Below, one piece after another: positions 1 to 9,084 of a stretch of 64,000 nt of DNA. Made by a program: the position numbers and the translations under genes. A model generated the notes under the pieces. It did no database searches, was not told the DNA's origin, and saw nothing but the letters and a program-made list of their open reading frames with translations. The stretch's first letter is position 1. Every line of letters begins with the position of its first letter. The stretch covers positions 11,899 through 75,898 of the forward strand of contig JBBSML010000004.1 in NCBI GenBank assembly GCA_038233215.1. Reading direction: 5' to 3'. Origin of the DNA: Candidatus Limnocylindria bacterium. Lineage in GTDB: Bacteria > Chloroflexota > Limnocylindria > QHBO01.

Positions 1-894
1 ACTGGAACGCTCAAGGTCGGCCAGATCGTGAGCGTCGGTCGAACATGGGGCCGGGTCCGCGCCCTCAACAACGCGGCGGGCACGCGCGTCAAGCAGGCTG
101 AGCCGGCCTCTGCCGTGGAGATCATCGGCCTCCAGGGACTTCCGGAGGCGGGCGACATCCTGCGCGTCGTGGCCGACGAGAAGACGGCCCGCGACGCGGG
201 CGAGGCCGCGGACCGGGTCGCCGCGGGAGCGGACGGACAGAAGGTCAGCACGCTCGAGGACATCAGTGCCCAGATCAAGGACAGCGAGGTCGCGGAGCTG
301 CGCGTCGTGCTGAAGACGGACGTGCAGGGCTCGATGGGGGCGATTCGCCATTCGCTGGAGCGGCTCAACACGACCGAGGTCAGGATCAACATCCTGCGGG
401 AGGGTGCGGGCGACATCAACGAGAGCGACATCAACCTCGCCTCGGCGTCCGACGCCGTGGTCATCGGCTTCAACACGAAGCTCGATCCGGGGGCTCAGCG
501 CTCCGTCGACGCCACCGGCGTCGACGTTCGTATCTACGACGTGATCTACAAGCTGACTGATGACATCGGGCTGGCGCTCTCCGGACTCCTGGCGCCCAAG
601 CTGGTCGAGCAGGTCGAGGGGCACGCCGAAGTGCGCATGGTCATCAAGGCCGGACGTGCCGGCAACGTGGCCGGCTCCTACGTCACCGATGGGCGCATCG
701 TGCGTGGCGGCCAGGTCCGCCTGTTCCGTGCGGGCCAGCTGCTCACCGAAACGCGGATCACGTCGCTGAAGCGCTTCAAAGACGACGTTCGCGAGGTGGC
801 CACCGGCTTCGAGTGCGGCATCGGCCTCGATGCGGATGACATCATCGAGGGTGACGTCATCGAGTGCTACCAGATGGTGACCGAGCAGGCCTAG
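1..894 (+). CDS. infB: Translation initiation factor IF-2, C-terminal part (5' truncated by window)
   Basis: Motifs LKTDVQGS, GDINESD, SLKRFKDDVREV, GFECGI; frame open from base 1; followed by rbfA. Confidence 0.97.
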   Translation, partial: TGTLKVGQIVSVGRTWGRVRALNNAAGTRVKQAEPASAVEIIGLQGLPEAGDILRVVADEKTARDAGEAADRVAAGADGQKVSTLEDISAQIKDSEVAELRVVLKTDVQGSMGAIRHSLERLNTTEVRINILREGAGDINESDINLASASDAVVIGFNTKLDPGAQRSVDATGVDVRIYDVIYKLTDDIGLALSGLLAPKLVEQVEGHAEVRMVIKAGRAGNVAGSYVTDGRIVRGGQVRLFRAGQLLTETRITSLKRFKDDVREVATGFECGIGLDADDIIEGDVIECYQMVTEQA

Positions 895-898
895 CAAG

Positions 899-1249
899 AT
901 GAGCCAGCGAACGGATCGGCTTGACAGCCAGATTCGGCAAGAGCTTGCCGATCTGCTCTACCGCGAGATGAAGGATCCGCGCATCGGGTTCGCGACCATC
1001 ACCCGGGTCGAGACGGCGCGAGACCTCGGCACGGCCAAGGTCTGGGTCAGCATCATGGGGACCGATGAGGAGCGGGAGGTGACGATGAAGGCGCTGACCG
1101 ACGCGGCACCCTGGCTGCGCCGGCAACTCGGCGGCCGGCTCACGCTGCGCCACATCCCGCAGCTCGTCATTCGCCACGACGACTCGATCGAGGCGGGTGA
1201 CCGCGTCCTGCGCCTCCTGCGCGAGATCGAGCAGGAAGGTTCCTCGTGA
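899..1249 (+). CDS. rbfA: Ribosome-binding factor A
   Basis: KDPRIGFATITRVE...DL..AKVW, LRHIPQL..D.SIE; conserved position after infB. Confidence 0.96.
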   Translation: MSQRTDRLDSQIRQELADLLYREMKDPRIGFATITRVETARDLGTAKVWVSIMGTDEEREVTMKALTDAAPWLRRQLGGRLTLRHIPQLVIRHDDSIEAGDRVLRLLREIEQEGSS

Positions 1250-2229
1250 GCCGGCAGGCGGTCGTGGAAGCGATCCGAAACGCATCGCGCATCACCGCGA
1301 TCTGTCACGAGAACCCTGATGCCGACACGCTCGGGTCAGCGCTGGCCCTGCGCATCGCCGCTGAGCGCCTCGGCAAGCAGGCCGAGGTGGTTGCGGCCGA
1401 TCCCGTGCCGCCGTCGCTCGCCCAGCTCACCGGCGCCGCCGACGTTCGGACCGCACCGCAGCTCGAACCGGACGTCGCGATCGTGGTCGACGGACCGCTC
1501 TCGCGGACCGGTGCCGTGGCCAGCCAGTCGGCGGACTGGCTGTCGCGGGCGCGAATCGTCAACATCGATCATCACGTGTCGAACGACGGCGGCGAGTCGG
1601 CAGTGTCCTGGATCGATCCGGGCGCCGCTGCGACCTGCGAGATGGTCGCGCTCCTCATTCCGGAGCTGGGTGTCGAGATCGATGTCGACATCGCGACCGT
1701 CCTCACCGCTGGCATCGTCCAGGACACGCACACGTTCTCGCATCCGAACGCGACGCCGCGGACATTGCGGGTCGCGGCGGACCTGTTGGCGGCCGGTGCG
1801 CCGCTTTCGGCCATCCATCGCTCGATCTACGCCGACAAGCCGTTCGGGACCCTCGCACTCTGGGGCCGCATCATGGGCGGCCTGAAGCAGCGGCGCGACG
1901 GCCGGATCGTGCACGCCGCCATGACCAACGCCATGCTCGCCGACACCGGCACCGATCCGATCGCCTCCGAGGGACTGATCGACCTGCTGGCGTCGACCAA
2001 GGCAGCCGATATCACCGTGCTCTTCAAGGAGGTCGACGCCACGCACGTGCGAACGAGCGTACGAACCTCGGCTCGCGCCGATGCGGTGGCCATCACCTCG
2101 GCATTCGGCGGCGGCGGCCATGCGCGCGCGGCGGGTTGTGCGATCGACGGCCCGTTGCCGCAGGCTGCGGCGAAGCTGCTCGACGAGTGCGAGCGGGAGC
2201 TCGACCGGGCCGATGCTCGGGGTCGTTAA
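1246..2229 (+). CDS. nrnA: DHH/DHHA1 phosphoesterase (NrnA-like nanoRNase/pAp phosphatase)
   Basis: HENPDADTLGS, NIDHH, QDT, GGGGHARAAG motifs; rbfA-nrnA-truB synteny. Confidence 0.9.
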   Translation: MSRQAVVEAIRNASRITAICHENPDADTLGSALALRIAAERLGKQAEVVAADPVPPSLAQLTGAADVRTAPQLEPDVAIVVDGPLSRTGAVASQSADWLSRARIVNIDHHVSNDGGESAVSWIDPGAAATCEMVALLIPELGVEIDVDIATVLTAGIVQDTHTFSHPNATPRTLRVAADLLAAGAPLSAIHRSIYADKPFGTLALWGRIMGGLKQRRDGRIVHAAMTNAMLADTGTDPIASEGLIDLLASTKAADITVLFKEVDATHVRTSVRTSARADAVAITSAFGGGGHARAAGCAIDGPLPQAAAKLLDECERELDRADARGR

Positions 2230-3106
2230 CCTCGATAAACCTGTCGGGCCGACCAGCCACGACATGGTCGGCATGATGCGGCGGTTGACCGGCATCCGGC
2301 GCATCGGCCACGCGGGAACGCTGGATCCACTGGCATCTGGCGTGCTGCCGGTCCTGGTCGGTGCCGCGACGCGTTTCAGCGCCGAGCTGACCGGGGGATC
2401 CAAGCGGTACGACGCCGTGTTCCGCCTGGGCGCGCGGAGCGCCACGGACGACGCCGAAGGACCGATCGAAGCGGTCCACGGCCCAGTCCCGGACGAGCCA
2501 GACGTGCACGCCGTCCTCTCCGGCTTCATCGGGACCTTCGACCAGTTTCCGCCCGCGTTCAGCGCGCGGAAGGTGGGCGGTCGGACGGCCTACCGCGCGG
2601 CGCGTGTCGGGGAGCCCCTCGACCTCCCGGCGCGGGCGGTCACGATCCATGCGCTGGACATTCTGGCTTACGAGCGTGTGGACGATGGTGCGGACGTCCG
2701 CATCGATCTGCGTTGCGGCACCGGGACTTACGTGCGGGCCCTGGCGCGTGATCTCGGCGCGCGACTCGGATGTGGAGGCTACCTCCGGGCGCTGCGCAGG
2801 ACGGAGGCAGCCGGTCTGAGGGTGGATGCCGCCGTCACGCCGGAGCACCTGGAAACACTCGCAGCCGATGGTCTCCTGAGAGACGCGCTCTTGCCGGTCG
2901 GCGACCTCCTGCCAATGCCGAAGATCATGCTTGACCGGCACGTGGCAGATGCGTTTCGCAATGGATCGGCCCGTTCCCTGGTGACTTCTCATGCCGACGG
3001 GCGGGTCGCCGTGTTCTCTGGTAACGAGCTGATCGGCATCGGGTCGGTGAGCGCGAACCTCCTTCAGCCGGAGAAGGTTCTGCCACGGGAGTCATCAGCC
3101 CCATGA
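2213..3106 (+). CDS. truB: tRNA pseudouridine(55) synthase
   Basis: NLDKPVGPTSHD, GHAGTLDPLASGVL, GTYVRALARDLG; start placed at ATG 2213. Confidence 0.96.
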   Translation: MLGVVNLDKPVGPTSHDMVGMMRRLTGIRRIGHAGTLDPLASGVLPVLVGAATRFSAELTGGSKRYDAVFRLGARSATDDAEGPIEAVHGPVPDEPDVHAVLSGFIGTFDQFPPAFSARKVGGRTAYRAARVGEPLDLPARAVTIHALDILAYERVDDGADVRIDLRCGTGTYVRALARDLGARLGCGGYLRALRRTEAAGLRVDAAVTPEHLETLAADGLLRDALLPVGDLLPMPKIMLDRHVADAFRNGSARSLVTSHADGRVAVFSGNELIGIGSVSANLLQPEKVLPRESSAP

Positions 3107-4038
3107 CCGCACTGGGGATGGATGAGCTGCCCATCATCGGGCCTGCCGTGATCACGCTCGGGGTGTTCGACGGCGTCCACCGTGGCCATCGACACGTGCT
3201 GACAGCAACGGCGCAGGCGGCGCGCGACCGAGGTGCCGCCAGTGTCGCGCTCGTTTTCAGCCCACATCCCGACGAGGTCACTCGCCCCGGGACAACGATC
3301 GGCCGGCTCTTGCCGCGCGAGCTGACGCTGGAGCGGCTGCGGTCAGCCGGAGTCGATCACGCGTTCGAGATCCGCTTCGATGCTGCACTCCGAAATCTCG
3401 AGCCGGAGGCATTCCTTGCGGGCCTCGCCCCCGCCATCGAGCTGCGCGGCATCACGATGACGCCCGGGAGCGCCTTTGGACGTGCCCGGGCCGGCACGCT
3501 CGAGCGCGTTGCGGAAATCGGGGCGGAGAACGGATGGGACTGCATCGCGGTCGAGTCGCTCACCTCCGACGGCGAGGTCATCTCATCGTCACGGATTCGC
3601 GCCGCGCTGCGCGAAGGGGAGATCGAGGTGGCGTCGGCCCTGATCGGATCGGCGCCGCTGCTGCGCGGGATCGTGGTCCACGGCGACGAGCGGGGACGCG
3701 AGCTCGGGTACCCGACGGCGAACCTGGCGTTCGAGTATCCCGCCGTGCTGCCGGCGCAAGGGATCTATCTCGGTCGCGTCGGTGTTCCCGACCGCGACGT
3801 GGGCCCGGACCACGCGGCGCTGGTCAGTGTCGGGGTTCGCCCGACGTTCCACGATGACGGACGGGTCCTGGTGGAGGCCTTCCTGCTCGATTGGGACGGC
3901 GACCTGTATGACGCGAGCTTCGACCTGAAACTGGACGCGCGACTGCGTGAGGAGCGCCGATTCGACGACGCCGACGCGCTCGTCATGCAGATGCGGGCGG
4001 ATGAGGCCGAGGCACGACAGCGGCTGCAAATTCCGTGA
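3103..4038 (+). CDS. ribF: Bifunctional riboflavin kinase/FAD synthetase
   Basis: GVFDGVHRGH, ISSSRIR, GRELGYPTAN. Confidence 0.95.
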   Translation: MTALGMDELPIIGPAVITLGVFDGVHRGHRHVLTATAQAARDRGAASVALVFSPHPDEVTRPGTTIGRLLPRELTLERLRSAGVDHAFEIRFDAALRNLEPEAFLAGLAPAIELRGITMTPGSAFGRARAGTLERVAEIGAENGWDCIAVESLTSDGEVISSSRIRAALREGEIEVASALIGSAPLLRGIVVHGDERGRELGYPTANLAFEYPAVLPAQGIYLGRVGVPDRDVGPDHAALVSVGVRPTFHDDGRVLVEAFLLDWDGDLYDASFDLKLDARLREERRFDDADALVMQMRADEAEARQRLQIP

Positions 4039-4153
4039 TGTATGAGGGCGACCGTCCGCCGCGAGATCGATGTCATGGCCCAATATTACGAATGGCGACC
4101 GACAGGCTCGTCTGCTAAACTTCCCGCGTTACAGAATGAATGTGGAGGAATAC

Positions 4154-4423
4154 GTGCCGCTCGCCAAGGACGCGAAAAGCGCAGTCGTCGACGAATACGC
4201 CACGCACGACGGTGATACAGGATCACCCGAGGTGCAGATTGCGCTTCTCACCGAGCGGATCAAGTCACTGACGGAGCATTTGCGTAGCTACCCGAAAGAC
4301 AATCATTCGCGCCGCGGGCTTCTGAAGCTCGTTGGGCAGCGCCGACGTCTGCTCGCGTATCTGGTCCGCAATGATGTGGACAGGTACCGCACCGTCATCG
4401 GCAGCCTGGGGCTGCGCCGCTAG
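4154..4423 (+). CDS. rpsO: 30S ribosomal protein S15
   Basis: [33 protein letters not shown]; GGAGG SD before GTG 4154. Confidence 0.97.
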   Translation: MPLAKDAKSAVVDEYATHDGDTGSPEVQIALLTERIKSLTEHLRSYPKDNHSRRGLLKLVGQRRRLLAYLVRNDVDRYRTVIGSLGLRR

Positions 4424-4431
4424 ACACCGAC

Positions 4432-4468
4432 TGCGATCGACCCAGGGCCGCCTGCCTTGGGTCTCGCA
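4432..4468 (+). terminator. Hairpin after rpsO (terminator or pnp leader processing stem)
   Basis: GACCCAGGGC/GCCTTGGGTC stem extended by TGCGA/TCGCA; weak pyrimidine tail. Confidence 0.5.
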
Positions 4469-4575
4469 CTTCTCACACCAACTGCGGTACCCACCCCCGC
4501 CTGACGCCGCGCTCACGCGAGTGCGCCACGGGAATCGAGCGTCGGACGCCGCACCCAATATCACTGGAGGAATCA

Positions 4576-7185
4576 GTGGCTATCAAACACGAGGCCGAAA
4601 TCGGCGGCAAGAGCTTCAGTATGGAAGCTGGCAAGCTCGCCGAGCAGGCTCATGGCGCGGTCATCGTCCGCTGTGGCGACACCGTTGTTCTTGCAACGGC
4701 AGTTGCCGGCAAGGAGCCCCGCGAAGGGGCCGACTTCTTCCCTCTCACCGTCGACTACGAGGAGCGGATGTACGCCGCGGGCAAGATCCCGGGCGGCTTC
4801 ATCAAGCGCGAGTCGCGTCCGTCGGAGGCGGCCATCCTGGCCATGCGCCTGACCGACCGACCCCTCCGTCCGCTCTTTCCGAAGGGCTACTTCAACGACG
4901 TGCAGGTCGTCCTGACGGTCCTGTCGACCGACCAGGAGAATGATCCGGATATCCTCGCGCTGAACGGCGCATCGGCGGCCCTGAGCATCAGTCACATCCC
5001 GTTCATGGGACCGGTCGGTGCCGTGCGCGTCGGTCGCATCGGGGGAGAGTTCGTCACGAACCCGACGAACAGCGAGCTCGCCGAGAGCGAGCTCGACCTC
5101 GTGGTCGCCGGCACCCGCGACGCCGTGATGATGGTCGAGGCAGGCGCAAAGATCCTGCCCGAAGCGGTCATGGCCGACGCGATCGCCTACGGTCACAGCG
5201 AGCTCCAGAAGTCGATCGATCTCCAGGAGAAGCTGGTCGCCTCGGCCGGGACGCCGAAGAAGGTTCCGTTCATCGGCCCCAAGGCCGCATCGGTCATCAG
5301 TCTCGGCAAGATGCTCTCCCAGAGCAAGAATGAGTTTGTCGTTTTCGATCTGGAGACGACGGCCATGAAGCCGGAGGCCGGATTCATCGTTGATGTCGCT
5401 GCGCTGCGGCTGCGCGACGGGCAGATCGTCGACCGCTTCGAGTCCCTGGTGAACCCTGGACGTCCGATCGTTGGGCACCAGGTCCACGGCATCAAGACCG
5501 AGGACGTCGCCAAGGCGCCGACCGCGGCGGAGGTGCTCGGCAACTTCGTCCACTGGGTCGGCGAGACCCCGATCGTGGCTCACAACGCCGCGTTCGATGT
5601 GCCGTTCCTGCTTCGCCATCTGCCAAACGACCGCAAGTGGACGCCGGCGGCCGTGTTCGACACGCTCGAGCTCGGTTACCAGCTCTACCCCGATGCGGGC
5701 GCGTACAAGCTCGCTGACCTGGTCCGTTTCGTGTTCGGTCGCGATCACGCCGCCGCACACCGCGCCATGCCGGATGCGGAGGCAACCGCCGAGCTGTTCC
5801 TCCATTTCACCAACGGCCTTTCGGAGCGGCTCGATGCGCTGCGCCAGGAGATCGCCGACGAAGTGCGGGGCGCGCGTGACAACTACAACCGCACCGAGCA
5901 GGGCGATCGGCTCGAGGACATCCGGCGCCGTCACGGCATCGCCTCGCCGCTGATGGACGCTGTGACAAAGGCCACCGTTCGCGAGCTCGTTCTCAGTGAG
6001 AACGTGCGCATCGACGGTCGCGACACGAAGACCATCCGCCCGATCAGCGTGGAGGTCGGCATCCTGCCGCGCACGCACGGATCGGGCCTCTTCACCCGCG
6101 GGCAGACGCAGGCGCTCTCCATTGCCACGCTTGGCCCCTCCAGCAACGTGCAGCGCATGGACACGATTTCCCCGGAGACCGAGAAGCGCTACATGCATCA
6201 CTACAACATGCCGCCGTACTCCGTTGGCGAGGCCAAGTTCATGCGTGGCCCCGGCCGCCGCGAGATTGGCCACGGCGCCCTTGCTGAGCGCGCACTTCTT
6301 CCCGTCCTGCCGGATGCCAGCGAGTTCCCGTACGCCATTCGCGTCGTGAGCGAGTGCGTGAGCTCGAATGGCTCGACCTCGATGGCCTCCACGTGCGGCT
6401 CGACCCTGGCACTCATGGATGCCGGTGTGCCGATCAAAGCGCCCGTCGCCGGAGCGGCGATGGGCCTCATCACCGACAAGGAGACCGGCCGCTACGCCGT
6501 CCTGACCGATATCACCGGCAAGGAGGACGCCTACGGCGACATGGACTTCAAGGTGACCGGGACGGCCGACGGCGTTACGGCGCTCCAGATGGACATCAAG
6601 ACCGGGGGCATCACGATCGAGATCATGCGTGATGCGCTCGATCAGGCACGGGATGCCCGGCTCCACATCCTGGGCAAGATGACCGAGGTCATCAGCGCCA
6701 GCCGCGAAGACCTCAGCCAGTACGCGCCGCGGATCACGACCATCAAGATCCCCGTCGACAAGATCCGGGACGTCATCGGCGCCGGCGGCAAGGTGATCCG
6801 CCAGATCACCGCCGAGACCGGTACCCAGATCAACGTCGAGGACGACGGCACGAGTCAGATTGCCGCCACCACGGGTGAGGCCGCCAAGAAGGCGATCGCC
6901 TGGATCGAGGGCCTGACCAAGGACGTCGAGGTCGGCAAGGAGTATCTCGGCAAGGTGACCCGGATCATGAACTTCGGTGCCTTCGTCGAGATCCTGCCGG
7001 GCAAGGAAGGCCTGGTCCACATCAGCCAGCTCGCGGACTACCACGTCCCGCGCGTTGAGGACGTGGTCAGCATCGGCGACGAGTTGATGGTGGTCGTCAC
7101 CGAGATCGACCGCATGGGCCGCGTGAACCTGAGCCGCCGTGCCGCAATGGAGCGGCACATGGCCAAGGCCGGCGATCGGAGCTGA
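4576..7185 (+). CDS. pnp: Polyribonucleotide nucleotidyltransferase (PNPase) with an internal DEDDh 3'-5' exonuclease domain
   Basis: PH1 ([16 protein letters not shown]), PH2 ([26 protein letters not shown]), KH (VIGAGGK), S1 ([18 protein letters not shown]); extra ~160 aa with FDLETT/HNAAFD/HRAMPD; 869 aa. Confidence 0.96.
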   Translation: MAIKHEAEIGGKSFSMEAGKLAEQAHGAVIVRCGDTVVLATAVAGKEPREGADFFPLTVDYEERMYAAGKIPGGFIKRESRPSEAAILAMRLTDRPLRPLFPKGYFNDVQVVLTVLSTDQENDPDILALNGASAALSISHIPFMGPVGAVRVGRIGGEFVTNPTNSELAESELDLVVAGTRDAVMMVEAGAKILPEAVMADAIAYGHSELQKSIDLQEKLVASAGTPKKVPFIGPKAASVISLGKMLSQSKNEFVVFDLETTAMKPEAGFIVDVAALRLRDGQIVDRFESLVNPGRPIVGHQVHGIKTEDVAKAPTAAEVLGNFVHWVGETPIVAHNAAFDVPFLLRHLPNDRKWTPAAVFDTLELGYQLYPDAGAYKLADLVRFVFGRDHAAAHRAMPDAEATAELFLHFTNGLSERLDALRQEIADEVRGARDNYNRTEQGDRLEDIRRRHGIASPLMDAVTKATVRELVLSENVRIDGRDTKTIRPISVEVGILPRTHGSGLFTRGQTQALSIATLGPSSNVQRMDTISPETEKRYMHHYNMPPYSVGEAKFMRGPGRREIGHGALAERALLPVLPDASEFPYAIRVVSECVSSNGSTSMASTCGSTLALMDAGVPIKAPVAGAAMGLITDKETGRYAVLTDITGKEDAYGDMDFKVTGTADGVTALQMDIKTGGITIEIMRDALDQARDARLHILGKMTEVISASREDLSQYAPRITTIKIPVDKIRDVIGAGGKVIRQITAETGTQINVEDDGTSQIAATTGEAAKKAIAWIEGLTKDVEVGKEYLGKVTRIMNFGAFVEILPGKEGLVHISQLADYHVPRVEDVVSIGDELMVVVTEIDRMGRVNLSRRAAMERHMAKAGDRS

Positions 7186-7411
7186 GGACCTCGACTCCGC
7201 GCGGAGCATTACTCCACGCGTGACGGAGCGCCGGACATGTCGCCCATGGCATGGTCGGCGCCACGCCCCGATGTACCATCCTCCTGCGGCGCTGCATCAG
7301 GCCCCGCTTCGCGAGACAGAGGTCCGCGACCACGCGGCCTGTCGGTGACGTGGGTGGATGCCCGTCGCCCGCCCGACGACGCGAACAGATGACCCTCTCT
7401 TAGGAGTTCCC

Positions 7412-9076
7412 ATGTCCGATTCCCTGCGCATCATTCCGCTCGGCGGGGTGGGCGAGGTCGGCAAGAACATCACCGTCATCGAGATTGACGACGAGATCCT
7501 GGTGGTGGACTGTGGCCTGGCCTTTCCCGAGCCGGAGATGCTCGGCATCGATCTCGTCATCCCGGATGCGACCTACCTCGCCGAGAACCGCGAGCGCGTG
7601 CGCGGCATCATCCTCACCCACGGCCACGAGGACCACACCGGCGCATTGCCGTACGTCCTTCCAAAGATTCCTGGCACGCCAATCTACGCAACCCGGCTTA
7701 CCGAGGGCCTTGTCCAGGGCAAGCTGCGTGAGCACAAGCTTCTCGACTCGACGCCGCTGCACGTCATCGACCCCGGGCAGGAGTTCGCGGTCGGGTCGTT
7801 TCGGATCACGCCGTTCCGGGTCAACCACTCGATCCCCGACGGCGTCGGGTACGCAATAAGCACGCGTCTCGGGACGGTCGTCCACACCGGCGATTTCAAG
7901 TTCGACCACACGCCGCCCGACGGCCGGCGTGCCGACCTTGGGCTCATAGCCGAGATCGGCAACCGCGGTGTGGAATTCCTGCTCAGTGACTCGACCCGGG
8001 CCGAGAAGGACGGCTACACCCTCTCTGAGACCACCGTCGGGGACAGCCTCAACAGGCTGGTGGGGGAAGCTCCGGGCCGGGTGATCGTGGCGACCTTCGC
8101 GTCGAATATCGGTCGCGTGCAGCAGGTGATCGATGCGGCCTGGGCGCATGGCCGCAAGATGGTCGCCCTTGGCCGCAGCATGGAGCAGAACACGGCTATC
8201 GCGCTGGAGCGTGGGTACCTGGACGCCCGTGACGGCACGTTGGTGAAGAAGGAGCAGCTCCAACGGTTACCAAAGGAAGAGCTCGTTGTCATGACGACCG
8301 GCTCGCAGGGCGAGCCGATGAGCGGGCTCACGCGCATGAGCAACCGAGACCACCGCAATATCACCATCGAGCCCGGCGACACGGTCATCGTGTCGGCCAG
8401 CCCGATCCCCGGCAACGAGGAAGCGGTCGCCAAGACGATCGACAACTTGTTCAAGGAGGGGGCGATGGTGCACTACGAGCCGCTCGTCCACTGCCACGTC
8501 TCCGGCCACGGTTCGCGTGAAGAGCTCAAGCTCATGCTGGGACTTGTCAAGCCCCGCCATTTCGTCCCGATCCATGGCGAGTACCGCATGCTGGTGCAGC
8601 ACGCGCTCCTCGCCGAGGGGGCCGGCGTTGATGTCGACAAGATCTTCGTACTCGAAAATGGACAGGTGATTGAATTCGATGGCCAGAGCGGCCGCATGGC
8701 GGGCTCGGTAACGGCCGGTGCGGTCCTGGTCGACGGGATCGCCGCCATCGACGGCATCGACGGCGTGGTCCTTCGCGATCGGCGCATGCTCGCTTCCGAT
8801 GGCGTGGTCATGGTTGCGCTGACCATCGATGCCAAGACGGGACAGCCGGTCGGTCTCGCGGACCTCGTCAGCCGCGGTTTTCTCTCCGATCCGGAGGACC
8901 CGGTCATGGGCGCGGCGCGTGATCACCTGATGAACGCGCTTCGACAACGACGCGAGGACGAGCACACGGCCGAGGCGGCCTACGTGAAGACCAAGATTCG
9001 TGACACGCTGAGCCGCTACTTCCATCAGCGAACGAAGCGCCGACCAATGATCCTGCCGATCGTGATGGAGGTCTGA
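7412..9076 (+). CDS. rnj: Ribonuclease J
   Basis: PLGGVGEVGKN, THGHEDH, NHSIPD, HTGDFK, TGSQGEP, HVSGH, PIHGE; AGGAG SD before ATG 7412. Confidence 0.97.
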   Translation: MSDSLRIIPLGGVGEVGKNITVIEIDDEILVVDCGLAFPEPEMLGIDLVIPDATYLAENRERVRGIILTHGHEDHTGALPYVLPKIPGTPIYATRLTEGLVQGKLREHKLLDSTPLHVIDPGQEFAVGSFRITPFRVNHSIPDGVGYAISTRLGTVVHTGDFKFDHTPPDGRRADLGLIAEIGNRGVEFLLSDSTRAEKDGYTLSETTVGDSLNRLVGEAPGRVIVATFASNIGRVQQVIDAAWAHGRKMVALGRSMEQNTAIALERGYLDARDGTLVKKEQLQRLPKEELVVMTTGSQGEPMSGLTRMSNRDHRNITIEPGDTVIVSASPIPGNEEAVAKTIDNLFKEGAMVHYEPLVHCHVSGHGSREELKLMLGLVKPRHFVPIHGEYRMLVQHALLAEGAGVDVDKIFVLENGQVIEFDGQSGRMAGSVTAGAVLVDGIAAIDGIDGVVLRDRRMLASDGVVMVALTIDAKTGQPVGLADLVSRGFLSDPEDPVMGAARDHLMNALRQRREDEHTAEAAYVKTKIRDTLSRYFHQRTKRRPMILPIVMEV

Positions 9077-9084
9077 CCCGGCCC

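Noticed and set aside
5280-5830. PNPase insert as an intein or homing endonuclease
   Set aside because: No N-terminal Cys/Ser with C-terminal His-Asn splice motifs and no LAGLIDADG; the motifs are DEDDh exonuclease
4573-7209. 878-aa antisense ORF over pnp, and similar long shadows over xdh, rny, NCS2 and the kinase
   Set aside because: Expected stop-poor reverse frames of high-GC coding sequence; no recognisable motifs
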